From positions 32,001 through 96,000 of the IMG/VR virus record IMGVR_UViG_2706796498_000001: a stretch of DNA of 64,000 nt. One strand, given 5' to 3'. Source of the stretch: a virus (lineage: Duplodnaviria; Caudoviricetes). The position numbers and the translations under genes were made by a program. The notes beneath the pieces are model-generated. The model searched no databases, was not told the origin of the DNA, and worked only from the letters and a program-made list of their open reading frames with translations. Shown here one piece after another: positions 7,973 to 17,491 of the stretch; position 1 is the first letter of the stretch; each line of letters begins with the position of its first letter.

Positions 7973-8524
7973 TTGACGCCAGATGAACGTTCAGAAAAGA
8001 TTAAGGAGTTAATGGGACTGTTATCACGGTCTAAGCAACAACTCCAAGAACTGCAAGATTCCATGTTTTCAGAGGCACGACACAAACTTGACTATGATTC
8101 CAAGCAGTTGTTGTATAGCATGACTGGTAACATTGATAACTTTGTTAGGAGTACCTGGTCGCCCGGTTATGTATCAGTAGATGATTATAGTAAGATTACG
8201 GGCAAAGATTTTGTTGGAGAAACAGTTGACGGTGTAACCTATCCGCAAAGTGCGAGTGTAAGCCAACCGCAAAGTGCAAGTCAAAGTGATCCCGCACCAG
8301 CTTCTACTTCAACAAGTGCCAGTGATTCTTCACCAGCTTCTGCTTCAACGGCCGACAGCCAAAGTTCATCTACAACCGCTAGTGCAAGTGCAAGCCAAAT
8401 CGAACCAGCCCCCGCTTCTACAAGTGCTAGTGAACCTGAATCATCTTCTACAAGTGCTACTCAAAGTGAACCAGTTTCCGCTTCAACCAGTGTCAGTGAA
8501 CCTGCTAGTTCAGTAGATAAATAA
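7973..8524 (+). CDS. XkdX-like motif protein with long Ser/Ala/Thr tail
   Basis: GYVSVDDYSKITGKDF resembles the XkdX motif; followed by ~90 aa of low-complexity sequence. Confidence 0.55.
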   Translation: MTPDERSEKIKELMGLLSRSKQQLQELQDSMFSEARHKLDYDSKQLLYSMTGNIDNFVRSTWSPGYVSVDDYSKITGKDFVGETVDGVTYPQSASVSQPQSASQSDPAPASTSTSASDSSPASASTADSQSSSTTASASASQIEPAPASTSASEPESSSTSATQSEPVSASTSVSEPASSVDK

Positions 8525-8559
8525 TCTAATATAAACACCCTTGATCTTATATATTATAT

Positions 8560-8856
8560 ATGATTGGGGGTTTTATTATTTTATACGAAGATTATAAGAA
8601 GAAACGAAAGTTAATCACCAATGAAGCTATTAATACTAAAATAGTTAAAAAAGGTAATCGTTCTATTCACACTCTAAGGGTTTGTGCATTGTGTGGTCGT
8701 CATTTAACAGAATATATGTTGACTAATCAGAAGTATATTGTGACGGTTAAACATAAACATTTACAGATAGTACCCGGCTTTGAAACTAATTTATGCTTTG
8801 ATTCTAAGACTTGTTATTTGTTTTATAATAAAAGGAAGGGGGTTGGCAATAGCTAA
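8560..8856 (+). CDS. Hypothetical Cys/His protein upstream of terminase
   Basis: CALC...CFDSKTC; position typical of Twort-like phages; start codon uncertain. Confidence 0.65.
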   Translation: MIGGFIILYEDYKKKRKLITNEAINTKIVKKGNRSIHTLRVCALCGRHLTEYMLTNQKYIVTVKHKHLQIVPGFETNLCFDSKTCYLFYNKRKGVGNS

Positions 8857-9269
8857 TGGGACTAATTGATTCGTTACGTAATTCTTTAGCAGATAATGGA
8901 ACCGGGGATAAAGACCAATCCCTTGATAATGTTAAGCAGTCCTTAGACTTGGCGTCTGAAAAATTACTAGGTAAGATTAAGAATAACGAACTAGACTTAG
9001 ACGTTAAGGATATTAAAGATCTAGCTAGTGTCTATATGCTACTAACACAATCTGGGGAACAAGATAGTACCCTGGGAACACCACAAGCTAGTCCCGAAGT
9101 CGTTAATATTATAAGCAAAGATTTAGATGTTAAAGAAGATCCTAGTGATGGTTCTAAGGTTGTTGACCAAGATGATTTATTGAACTTATCTAGTGAAGAA
9201 GTCGATAAGATGTTGGATCAACAGTTTAAAGCACAGAATGATGATAATTTAAAAGCAAACGAAGGGTAG
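8856..9269 (+). CDS. Putative terminase small subunit
   Basis: Helical 137-aa protein immediately before terL (synteny only). Confidence 0.5.
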   Translation: MGLIDSLRNSLADNGTGDKDQSLDNVKQSLDLASEKLLGKIKNNELDLDVKDIKDLASVYMLLTQSGEQDSTLGTPQASPEVVNIISKDLDVKEDPSDGSKVVDQDDLLNLSSEEVDKMLDQQFKAQNDDNLKANEG

Positions 9270-11111
9270 GTGTTATTATTGAATGGTACTCAACTGGTTA
9301 AAGCCACTCGAAAGATGTTTAAACTTTCCCCAGATGATCGAGTAACGATGGATCAATTAAATTATGTATTGATGATGAGTAAGCCTAGTAACTATATTGT
9401 TGCTAACCATACAATTCGGGGAAATCCAATTACCTTTAATATTCCCGACCATAATATTAATCGGGCTTTGGCTCACCGTCCTTGGCAAGTTGACATTTTG
9501 AATGATACCTACCTAGACTTGATTATTATTAAGTCTCGGCAGTTAGGGCTATCTGAATTAGGGATTGAACAATTAATTTGGTGGCTTGATACACATTCAT
9601 TTGATCGGGTCAATGCTTTGTATACTTTCCCAACTAATCGACAGTTGGAGGACTTTGTAGCCCAACGTTTACAACCTGAATTTAATCATGGTTATTATCG
9701 TTCATTGATTTATGATCCTAAATCGATGACTTTAAAGAAGATGAAGATCAGAGATTCAAATTTAGTTTTCCGCTCCAGTTCTAGTGGGGCTACTATGGAA
9801 GGTATGGACTTGGATTTCGTTTCGCTTGATGAGTACGACCGTCTAAATCCGTTAGCGGAACAATCAGCTTTGCAAGGTATGACTTCTTCAAAGTATAAAA
9901 TGTTGCGCCGATGGAGTACCCCGACCGTGCCTTCGTACGGCATACACAAACTATTTGAACAATCTGATCAACGGCGTTGGTACCATAAATGTTCTCATTG
10001 CGGTTATGAACAAGTGTTGGACTATGAAAAGAATATTCAACAAATTAACCCAGATGGGGTTGATGATATTGGTTTAACAGTACAACCCGGTACCTTCCAG
10101 TTTGTCTGTGCTAAGTGTGGGCGTCCTTTAGATCGTTGGTATAGTGGTTATTGGGTAACTGAACGACCATTAGCTGGACGGACACATGGGTATTCTATTT
10201 CTCAAATGGACGCCGTGTGGGTGAGTGCCGACCAACTCAAGCAAGATGAGTTACGGGCACCATCAAAACAGTTTTTCTATAACTATTCTTTAGGTATGCC
10301 TTATGAAGATAAGTCCGTGGCCTTTCACGATTATGATGTATACTCTAATGAAATTGACTATGAAAAGCCTGAACAGAGAACAGACGAATATCGTTTTGTA
10401 GCAACCGGGATTGATTGGGGAGAACATAATCATACTGTTGTGACTATTGGAATGACTACCACCGGTCAAATTAGGCTTATGGATATTACCTTTATTCCTC
10501 GGTCAACTGGTACTGAACATATTGAACAAGACCTAAACCAAGTGGTTAGAAAGATTAATCAGTACAACCCTGATATTATTTGTCCAGACTTAGGTTTTTC
10601 TGGGTCATATGACCAAAAGCTGTTAGCTTACTATGGCCCTGAAAGGGTATATTCTGTTAAGGTTAGATCAGCTAAAACCAATGGTGACTACAACTCACAT
10701 TTCAGTGACGCTGATAATACAGTTACAATTGATAAGTACACACAAAATATGATGATGATTGCTAACATTAAGCGTGGTGATATTAAGTTTTGGCGAGGTT
10801 CACGGGTGGATCCAATTATTCAAACTTTTATTAAGCACGTCCAAAATGTTGTCTTTAGAACCGATGAAAAGGAAGATCCGGCTACTCATACAATTGTTTA
10901 TGACAAGGTTATCTTACGTAAAGGTCCAGACCACTCGGAACAAACGCTCATTTATGCCTTTGTGGGCCTAGATAAGTTGATGAAAGAGTATGCGTTAGCA
11001 CATCGGAACGCTATTGAAATGCAGTTTTTATCACCGGAATTATTTAATGGAGAACAGACCGACTTACAGCGTGAGTATGGGGTGACAGATGTAAAGGAAT
11101 TTGGTGAGTGA
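9270..11111 (+). CDS. terL: Terminase large subunit
   Basis: KSRQLGLSE Walker A, SLDEYD Walker B, STPT, GIDWG nuclease motif and GPDH; Herelleviridae type with no intron. Confidence 0.92.
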   Translation: MLLLNGTQLVKATRKMFKLSPDDRVTMDQLNYVLMMSKPSNYIVANHTIRGNPITFNIPDHNINRALAHRPWQVDILNDTYLDLIIIKSRQLGLSELGIEQLIWWLDTHSFDRVNALYTFPTNRQLEDFVAQRLQPEFNHGYYRSLIYDPKSMTLKKMKIRDSNLVFRSSSSGATMEGMDLDFVSLDEYDRLNPLAEQSALQGMTSSKYKMLRRWSTPTVPSYGIHKLFEQSDQRRWYHKCSHCGYEQVLDYEKNIQQINPDGVDDIGLTVQPGTFQFVCAKCGRPLDRWYSGYWVTERPLAGRTHGYSISQMDAVWVSADQLKQDELRAPSKQFFYNYSLGMPYEDKSVAFHDYDVYSNEIDYEKPEQRTDEYRFVATGIDWGEHNHTVVTIGMTTTGQIRLMDITFIPRSTGTEHIEQDLNQVVRKINQYNPDIICPDLGFSGSYDQKLLAYYGPERVYSVKVRSAKTNGDYNSHFSDADNTVTIDKYTQNMMMIANIKRGDIKFWRGSRVDPIIQTFIKHVQNVVFRTDEKEDPATHTIVYDKVILRKGPDHSEQTLIYAFVGLDKLMKEYALAHRNAIEMQFLSPELFNGEQTDLQREYGVTDVKEFGE

Positions 11112-11116
11112 TAATC

Positions 11117-12658
11117 ATGGGATTATTTGATATGTTTAGAGAACAAAAGAATTACTTTAACCCGGAGGAACTAACTAAGTCCTATCAGAATGACTTAGCT
11201 AAGAAGTTTACTCCGGGGAAAGCTGACCAACGACTAGATGATTTATCAATTACAATTGGTAATGATCGAGAAAACCAAAGGAGTGGTCAGCGTACACAGA
11301 TTGACCAAGACTATTTCTTGCGTAAGAAGGCACAACTGGCCCAGTATGCAGAAGATATTCTGGTTCAATCAATTATCCGTACTCGAACTAACCAAGTTGT
11401 TCGTTATGCTACTCCCGCACATTTAAGTCCGACTGGTGATGGGTTTAGAGTGATTAAGAAGGGTAAAACATATTCTTCTATGACAAAAGAAGAACAGAAA
11501 CGTTCTAAGGAACTTGAACAGTTTATCTATTATACAGGTAAAGATCAATTTGATTGGCGTGACAATTTTAGTGAGTTTCTTGCTAAGGTTATCTATGACT
11601 ACTACGTCTTTGATCAGGTTAATATTGAGCGTATCTTTGAATCTAAGTCCAGTAATCAACTGAACCACTTTAACCATGTTAGTGCTGGTAATATTCTAAT
11701 TGAGCGGTTCCCTAAATCTGTTGACCGCCCAAAGACGTATGTCCAGTATGTTGACCATAAAAAGCAAAGCACGTATACTAGCAAGGATTTAGTCTTTAAG
11801 ACTTTCTGGTCTCAACCAAACGCTCGTTCTGGTGGTTATGGTAAAAGCCCGGTGGAAGCAACCATTCCCCAATTGAATTACCGAACCAACGCTGAACAGT
11901 TTAATGCCCGTTTCTTCTCCCAAGGTGGTTTAACTCGGGGTATGCTGTTGATTGACCCCGGTGATGGAACAACGGGAAGTCGGGCAAGTTTAGACGCCTT
12001 ACGGCGTAATTTAACCCCGGCCCAGTCGGTTAATGGTAGTTGGAAGATCCCTATCATGTTTGGTCATGACGCCAAGTATGTTAATATGCAACAGAATTCT
12101 AAGGATATGGAGTTTACCCAATTCCTAGGGTATTTAACAAATGAGATCTGTGCTGTTTTTAATATCCAACCCGAAGAAATTAATGTTAATAACCGTGGTG
12201 GGGTAAATGGTAGTGGTAAAGGATCTTCTGTTTTAAATGAAGGTAAGACAGCTCAAGCTAAGTTAGCCGCTTCAAAGGAATCTGGTTTAATTCCCTTGAT
12301 CAAGAATATCGAACGGTTAATGACTGACAGTATTCTTGCTTATGTTGATAATGAATATCAATTTATTTTCACACCGAGTGACGAAGAAAAGGCTGAAAAA
12401 GAAGTGTCTTTAATTCAGGCTAAGGAAAATGTTGGCTTAACGATTAATGAAGGTCGGGCCATGATGGGATTGAAACCAGTAGAGAATGGTGATGTTCCAG
12501 GTAGTCCAGCTTATATTCAGTACCTTAATACCATTGCTAAGAATGATCCAGATTCCAATAAGGAATTACAGCAAAAGGATAAGAGTAACCCTGATAAGGG
12601 AGTATCTGGTGCTGAAATGGCCGAAGAAAAACAAAAGCAAGAAGCCAAAGAAAAATAA
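11117..12658 (+). CDS. Portal protein
   Basis: IIRTRTNQV, YGKSPVE, FNARFFSQGG, KDMEF and TINEGR motifs. Confidence 0.9.
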   Translation: MGLFDMFREQKNYFNPEELTKSYQNDLAKKFTPGKADQRLDDLSITIGNDRENQRSGQRTQIDQDYFLRKKAQLAQYAEDILVQSIIRTRTNQVVRYATPAHLSPTGDGFRVIKKGKTYSSMTKEEQKRSKELEQFIYYTGKDQFDWRDNFSEFLAKVIYDYYVFDQVNIERIFESKSSNQLNHFNHVSAGNILIERFPKSVDRPKTYVQYVDHKKQSTYTSKDLVFKTFWSQPNARSGGYGKSPVEATIPQLNYRTNAEQFNARFFSQGGLTRGMLLIDPGDGTTGSRASLDALRRNLTPAQSVNGSWKIPIMFGHDAKYVNMQQNSKDMEFTQFLGYLTNEICAVFNIQPEEINVNNRGGVNGSGKGSSVLNEGKTAQAKLAASKESGLIPLIKNIERLMTDSILAYVDNEYQFIFTPSDEEKAEKEVSLIQAKENVGLTINEGRAMMGLKPVENGDVPGSPAYIQYLNTIAKNDPDSNKELQQKDKSNPDKGVSGAEMAEEKQKQEAKEK

Positions 12659-12669
12659 TCGATAAAGTG

Positions 12670-12697
12670 TTGACAATTTGATAGAGTGTGTTAATAT
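12670..12697 (+). promoter_or_regulatory. Sigma-A-type promoter
   Basis: TTGACA-16 nt-TAATAT with an extended TG. Confidence 0.6.
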
Positions 12698-12701
12698 ATA
12701 G

Positions 12702-12802
12702 TCAAGGCTTTAGTCAAGCCTAGTGATAAAACTTCTTTCTTTTCTTTGATTTGTCTTTCTACAATGCAAAGAGGCCATGAATTAACGTTCATGGTCTTTT
12801 TG
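12702..12802 (+). ncRNA. Candidate ~100-nt small RNA
   Basis: Promoter, 5' hairpin AGGCTT/AAGCCT, pyrimidine-rich core and terminator AGGCCATGAA/TTCATGGTCT plus T-run; no ORF. Confidence 0.5.
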
Positions 12803-12843
12803 TTTTTGTTATAATTTCTTATATTAATTCTAGAACAAAGTTT

Positions 12844-12853
12844 TGTTATATTA
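12844..12853 (+). promoter_or_regulatory. Late promoter of the capsid gene (second copy at 12820-12826)
   Basis: TGTTATATTA. Confidence 0.7.
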
Positions 12854-12908
12854 TACCTAGAATTAATAAATAGATATTCATCTAGATGAAAGGAAGTTAT
12901 TAGAACAT

Positions 12909-14399
12909 ATGCCTAAGCTAGAAACAAAAAGTCACGCGGATACTGTATTTAAGTCCACGAATCGTTCCGAAGAAATCGCTAAGAACGATGGTATGGTTTC
13001 AGAAATTAGTAAGGCTTTGGAGGCCGGTTATGGTATTACCCCTGACACGCAAGTTGATGGAGCGGCTTACCGTCTGGAAAGTCTTGACCCAACTCTGAAC
13101 ATTACTACGTTTGGTGAAAATGACTTTACCATTTACAAGGACTTGGAACGGGTTCCTGTTAATCAAACCGTTCAAAAGTACACTGTTTACTACAACCACG
13201 GTCGGACGGGACACCAACTGTTCCAACCGGAAATTGCTAAGTTAAGTGTTAACACGCCTAACGCACGTCAAAAGACCGTTAACGTTAAGTTCGTAGTTGA
13301 CACCAAGGGTGCTTCCTTTGCTATGCAATGGGCTAACACGACTGTTGACACCCAAACCCTGCTGGAAATTAGTGGGGTAAACACGATTGCTAAGGCAATT
13401 GAATACGCTACCTTCTATGGAGATTCTGACCTTGCTACCCAAGATGGCGAAGGTTACGAATTTGACGGTATCTCCAAGCTGATGGATCAAGATAACGTTG
13501 TTGACCTTCATGGTGGTGCTTTAACTCCAGGTAAGCTGAATGAAGCCGCTACGATTATTGGTAAGCGTGGTTACGGGAAGGCAACTGACGCTTATATGCC
13601 AGTTGGTGTTAAGGCTGACTTCATTAACCAACACCTTGGTTCCCAACGGATTCTTCAACCGAACCCGGCTGACCACGGAATGCAAGTAGGGTTTGATATT
13701 ACCCGGTTCATCTCCGCTAATGGGGACATTAACCTGCATGGTTCTACTATCATGGATCTTGACTTGGTACTTGATACTGAATCCACTCCAGATGTTAATG
13801 CTGGGGCCGCTCCTACGGTTCAAGCTAAGCAAGTCGCTGGTCAAGGTGGTGCCTTCTTAACTGATGATAAGAAGGACGCAAACGGTCGGACAATCCTTAG
13901 CAAGGAAGTAGGGACTGAACTTCAATATCGGGTAGTTGCTGTTGGTGCCCACGACAGCCTTCCATCTGACATTGCTACGGCTACTCCGACTGCCGCAACT
14001 GATGGGGTAACTCTTACAATTACTCTTTCCCCATTGGTAACTGACCTTCCGCACTATGTAGCCATCTATCGTAAGTCTGATGTGCCGGGTGATGAAGATT
14101 TCCGTCTGATTGACCGGGTACCGATGTCCAAGTTCCAAAACGGGACTTTGACTTACACCGATGTCAATGACACTATTCCGGGTACGGCTGACGTATTCAT
14201 TCTTGATCGGCGTCCAGAAAACATTCGTTACCTTGAGTTTGCACCAATTATGAAGTTCCCATTGGCTGTAACGACCACTGCTACGAACTTCGCACTCCTC
14301 TGGTACGGGGCACTACAGCTAATTTACCCGAAGCGTTGTGTAAAGCTTCACAATGTATTATATGCTAGTGACGCTGAATCCTTGTTTGACTTAGCATAG
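12909..14399 (+). CDS. Major capsid protein precursor
   Basis: KALEAGYGITPDTQVDGAAYRLESLD and FYGDSDL...EFDGI are characteristic of A511/K-type Cps. Confidence 0.93.
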   Translation: MPKLETKSHADTVFKSTNRSEEIAKNDGMVSEISKALEAGYGITPDTQVDGAAYRLESLDPTLNITTFGENDFTIYKDLERVPVNQTVQKYTVYYNHGRTGHQLFQPEIAKLSVNTPNARQKTVNVKFVVDTKGASFAMQWANTTVDTQTLLEISGVNTIAKAIEYATFYGDSDLATQDGEGYEFDGISKLMDQDNVVDLHGGALTPGKLNEAATIIGKRGYGKATDAYMPVGVKADFINQHLGSQRILQPNPADHGMQVGFDITRFISANGDINLHGSTIMDLDLVLDTESTPDVNAGAAPTVQAKQVAGQGGAFLTDDKKDANGRTILSKEVGTELQYRVVAVGAHDSLPSDIATATPTAATDGVTLTITLSPLVTDLPHYVAIYRKSDVPGDEDFRLIDRVPMSKFQNGTLTYTDVNDTIPGTADVFILDRRPENIRYLEFAPIMKFPLAVTTTATNFALLWYGALQLIYPKRCVKLHNVLYASDAESLFDLA

Positions 14400-14415
14400 A
14401 TATAATTATTAAATT

Positions 14416-14444
14416 CCTAGGTATTTTTACCTAGGTTTTTTATT
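14416..14444 (+). terminator. Intrinsic terminator
   Basis: CCTAGGTA-TTTT-TACCTAGG followed by a T-run. Confidence 0.8.
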
Positions 14445-14503
14445 GCCCAATAATTTAAGTGTGTTTATATTATTAGTAGTATATAGTATGTATTGGTGGT
14501 GAT

Positions 14504-15367
14504 TTGGTGGCAAAATTTGATGTGTTTCTCCCGTTTGATAAAGTTGCCAAGTCTGATGATGATAAAGTCATTACGATTAGTGGCTACTCATCGACAGGGG
14601 ACAGAGATTATCAGGGAGAAACAATTGACCCTAATGGTATTCACTATGAATATTTGTTAGATCATGGTTATATTGACTATGAACATGATACTGATCAAAT
14701 TATTGGGGTACCAACGGAAAATACGCATTTAGATAACAAGGGTTTATTTCTAGAGGCTAAGCTATTTTCTAATATGGAACAGGTACAGAATATTATGAAG
14801 CTGTACAAGAACATTGAGGAAAATGATATTGATCGGAATTTAGGTTTTTCTATTGAAGGTAGTGTCATTGAACGGGACGATGAAGATGATTCAATTATTC
14901 GTCAAGTTCAGATTACTGGGGTAGCAGTAACTACACACCCAGCTAACCCCGCTTGTAGTTGGAAGGTACTAAATAAGTCCTTGTTTAACTCTAATAACAA
15001 GAGTAGTGACCAAGTAATCAAAGACATGGAAACTATGACTGCTGGGTATGATGTAAATAGTGCAACAGTTCATGGTGGGGCCGCCTTTCGTAAGGAATCT
15101 TTTTTAGGCACCTTTAACAATTTAGTATTTAATCTAAAGCAGGCCAAGAAACTTGGGCTAGAAACGGTGGCAACTAGTTTAGCCGAAGAGTTAGATAAGA
15201 ATGACGCTGACGAGGACGCAAGGGTTATCTTTGTGCAGTTGTTTACTGGTTTATCCGAAGCAGACGCCCGGTTAATTGTGCAAACAGTTGATCAACAAGC
15301 AGATACCGATAACCGGTTGAGGCTACTTGAAGGTTCATCTAACGCAGATGATGATGATGATGATTAA
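14504..15367 (+). CDS. Prohead protease
   Basis: GYSST.DRDYQGE, GYIDYEH, LGFSIEG and VAVTTHPANP motifs. Confidence 0.88.
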   Translation: MVAKFDVFLPFDKVAKSDDDKVITISGYSSTGDRDYQGETIDPNGIHYEYLLDHGYIDYEHDTDQIIGVPTENTHLDNKGLFLEAKLFSNMEQVQNIMKLYKNIEENDIDRNLGFSIEGSVIERDDEDDSIIRQVQITGVAVTTHPANPACSWKVLNKSLFNSNNKSSDQVIKDMETMTAGYDVNSATVHGGAAFRKESFLGTFNNLVFNLKQAKKLGLETVATSLAEELDKNDADEDARVIFVQLFTGLSEADARLIVQTVDQQADTDNRLRLLEGSSNADDDDDD

Positions 15368-15384
15368 AGGAGATTTATAAAGAT

Positions 15385-16314
15385 ATGGAATTAAAAGACG
15401 TTTTTGAACACATTGATGAAATTAAAAAGTCCCTCGAAGAAAACGAAGCCAAGTCCCTTGCACATAAGGAACTCAAGAAGGACGAAGCAGATGACGATGA
15501 AGTAGAGGAATCTGTTCAAGTTCATGATGGCCAAATTCCTGATGGTGATGGTGACGCAGACGACAAGCCAGAAAAGGAAAAGATGGCTAAGAAGTCCAAG
15601 AAGTCTGATGATTCGGGTGATGAAGATGGTGCAGATGATGAGGACGCCGCAGACGATGAGGACGCTACCAAGAGTAAAGATTGCGATGAAGTAGAAGAAT
15701 CTTGTCACAAGACTAAGAAGTCCGAAGATGTAGACCCAGATGTTGAAAAGTCAATAGATGAACCAAAGGACGATGAAATGGTTAAGTCTTTGATTGGTGC
15801 TACTAACGAATTAATTGGTTTGGTTAAGTCCGTAGTTGTTCAGAACCAATCTTTGCTTGGTATGGTTGAAAAGTCCGTTAAGGAACCAGATTCAGAAAAG
15901 GCAGTTGAGAAGTCAGTAGATGAACCAGAGGACAGCGTGCAAAAGTCCGAAGCAGAGGTAGCTAAGTCTAATGATGGAGAAAGTAAGAAGGCCGAAGTAG
16001 CTAAGTCGATTGACAAGGTAGCTAAGTCTATTTATGAAGAATCTGAAAAGGACGAAGTAGCTAAGAGCTTCCCAGAAGGCAAGTCAGTTGACCCTGCTTC
16101 TGATGAAGTTGCTAAGTCCGTAGATGAAGATGTAGTTAAGGCGGGTGAATTAAAGGAAGTTATCACCAAGTCTATTAATAACTACTATGGTAAGGCTAAC
16201 TTCCATGACCAAAAGATTCTCAAGAGCTTGCAAAGTCTTTATCATGATGTTGAAGGCTTTGATGATGATGAAGTGGCTCCAGATGATCTTATTAACCGTT
16301 ATAACGAGATCTAG
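15385..16314 (+). CDS. Acidic scaffold-like protein
   Basis: Highly D/E/K-rich with 20 KS dipeptides; follows the protease. Confidence 0.7.
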   Translation: MELKDVFEHIDEIKKSLEENEAKSLAHKELKKDEADDDEVEESVQVHDGQIPDGDGDADDKPEKEKMAKKSKKSDDSGDEDGADDEDAADDEDATKSKDCDEVEESCHKTKKSEDVDPDVEKSIDEPKDDEMVKSLIGATNELIGLVKSVVVQNQSLLGMVEKSVKEPDSEKAVEKSVDEPEDSVQKSEAEVAKSNDGESKKAEVAKSIDKVAKSIYEESEKDEVAKSFPEGKSVDPASDEVAKSVDEDVVKAGELKEVITKSINNYYGKANFHDQKILKSLQSLYHDVEGFDDDEVAPDDLINRYNEI

Positions 16315-16381
16315 GTATAATTAACCACACATATATCTAAGATGGCTGTATGAGCTTCTCAAGGCCAAATACAGGCATAAT

Positions 16382-16418
16382 AAAAGCACCCACCATTAAG
16401 TTTGGTAGGTGCTTATTT
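16382..16418. terminator. Bidirectional terminator between convergent genes
   Basis: AAAAGCACCCACCA...TGGTAGGTGCTTATT. Confidence 0.7.
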
Positions 16419-16420
16419 AT

Positions 16421-16651
16421 TCATAAGCCTAGATAAGCGTCTAGGTCTTTTACATAATCGGCTCCGCCTTCAAGGCTAAACTGCCGATCTTGGGTTTCCA
16501 TCAAGCGGATAAAACCCGCATATTGAATATCGGTTACTTCCTTGTACTTAGGAAGTGACTTAGCTGTTTGAATAAACTTGTCTAGGCTAAATACCTTAAC
16601 TTTGCTTGCGGGTTGAATGATTTCTGTTTTTCTTGTATTCTTTTCGACCAT
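16421..16651 (-). CDS. Small conserved virion-module protein
   Basis: Size and position match the small gene that precedes the sheath in Twort-like phages. Confidence 0.6.
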   Translation of the reverse strand: MVEKNTRKTEIIQPASKVKVFSLDKFIQTAKSLPKYKEVTDIQYAGFIRLMETQDRQFSLEGGADYVKDLDAYLGL

Positions 16652-16654
16652 GTT

Positions 16655-17491
16655 TTACCACCTTGTTTTAATATCTTCTATGAGACTAGTATTCTGATCA
16701 ATGGTTTGGGTAACTTTGTAGGTAACTGTTAAGCGCCGGTAGAATAGTGGTTGACTATCTAAACCATTACTCTTAGTATCTTCAATTACGTCCATACCAT
16801 TCATCTCAATCGTTGGAAGGTAAACGTTATAGTTTTCTTCCAAGGTTTGTTTTAAGTATATACGAATATAAGTAAAGATAGCAGACAAACAACGAATGGT
16901 ACTAATGTTGCTACATACAAAGTCAATTGTTACCCCTTCATTAGTATTAATGCCGATTGGACTGCTATAACCATCTTTATCAACCTTTGTATTGTAATAG
17001 AGGTCAATTTTATGCTGTCCATCATCATATGGTGGAATATACGGGAGATACACTTTATTATCTTGCAAGTTATAATTAGTTGTTTGGGGGATTGAGATAA
17101 CGCTATGAATTTCTTGATTAGGTTCAATCCAAGCAGTTGCATTTTGGGTTTTAACAACTAACTTTTCATGAATAGCTTGACCAACACTATTAGAGATAGT
17201 TTGTCCTTCAACACTCCCAAGGGCACCAGATTCATCATCTTCTTCTGAACCTTTAAATTGGAACAAAAGGAAAGCGGTAGTTGGGGCAGTAGTTGGGAAG
17301 GCAAAGTAGGTGTTAATCTTCTTTCCAAGGTGATTGCTATCAGTACAATATTCATTAATAAATGAATCTACCATATCACTAGGGAGAGAGTTAAGAATGT
17401 TGTTTTTTAGATAGTTACTATTAGCGAGAATACCAGTTAAGATTGAATTGGTTTCGTCTAATAGTAACTGATCTACATTTGTAATGGCCAT
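16655..17491 (-). CDS. Neck/tail-terminator-like protein
   Basis: 278 aa ending LFYRRLTVTY; synteny with the Twort-like neck block. Confidence 0.6.
   Translation of the reverse strand: MAITNVDQLLLDETNSILTGILANSNYLKNNILNSLPSDMVDSFINEYCTDSNHLGKKINTYFAFPTTAPTTAFLLFQFKGSEEDDESGALGSVEGQTISNSVGQAIHEKLVVKTQNATAWIEPNQEIHSVISIPQTTNYNLQDNKVYLPYIPPYDDGQHKIDLYYNTKVDKDGYSSPIGINTNEGVTIDFVCSNISTIRCLSAIFTYIRIYLKQTLEENYNVYLPTIEMNGMDVIEDTKSNGLDSQPLFYRRLTVTYKVTQTIDQNTSLIEDIKTRW

Noticed and set aside
9270-11111. Intron or intein in terL, as in some Twort-like phages
   Set aside because: Continuous 613-aa ORF of normal size with no splicing motifs.
12999-14138. Series of minus-strand ORFs opposite the capsid gene (and similar shadow ORFs elsewhere)
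   Set aside because: Antisense shadows of biased codon usage, with no RBS or protein-like features.
16315-16382. Third small RNA after the scaffold gene
   Set aside because: TATAAT and a small hairpin are present but there is no -35 element; more simply a 3' UTR.
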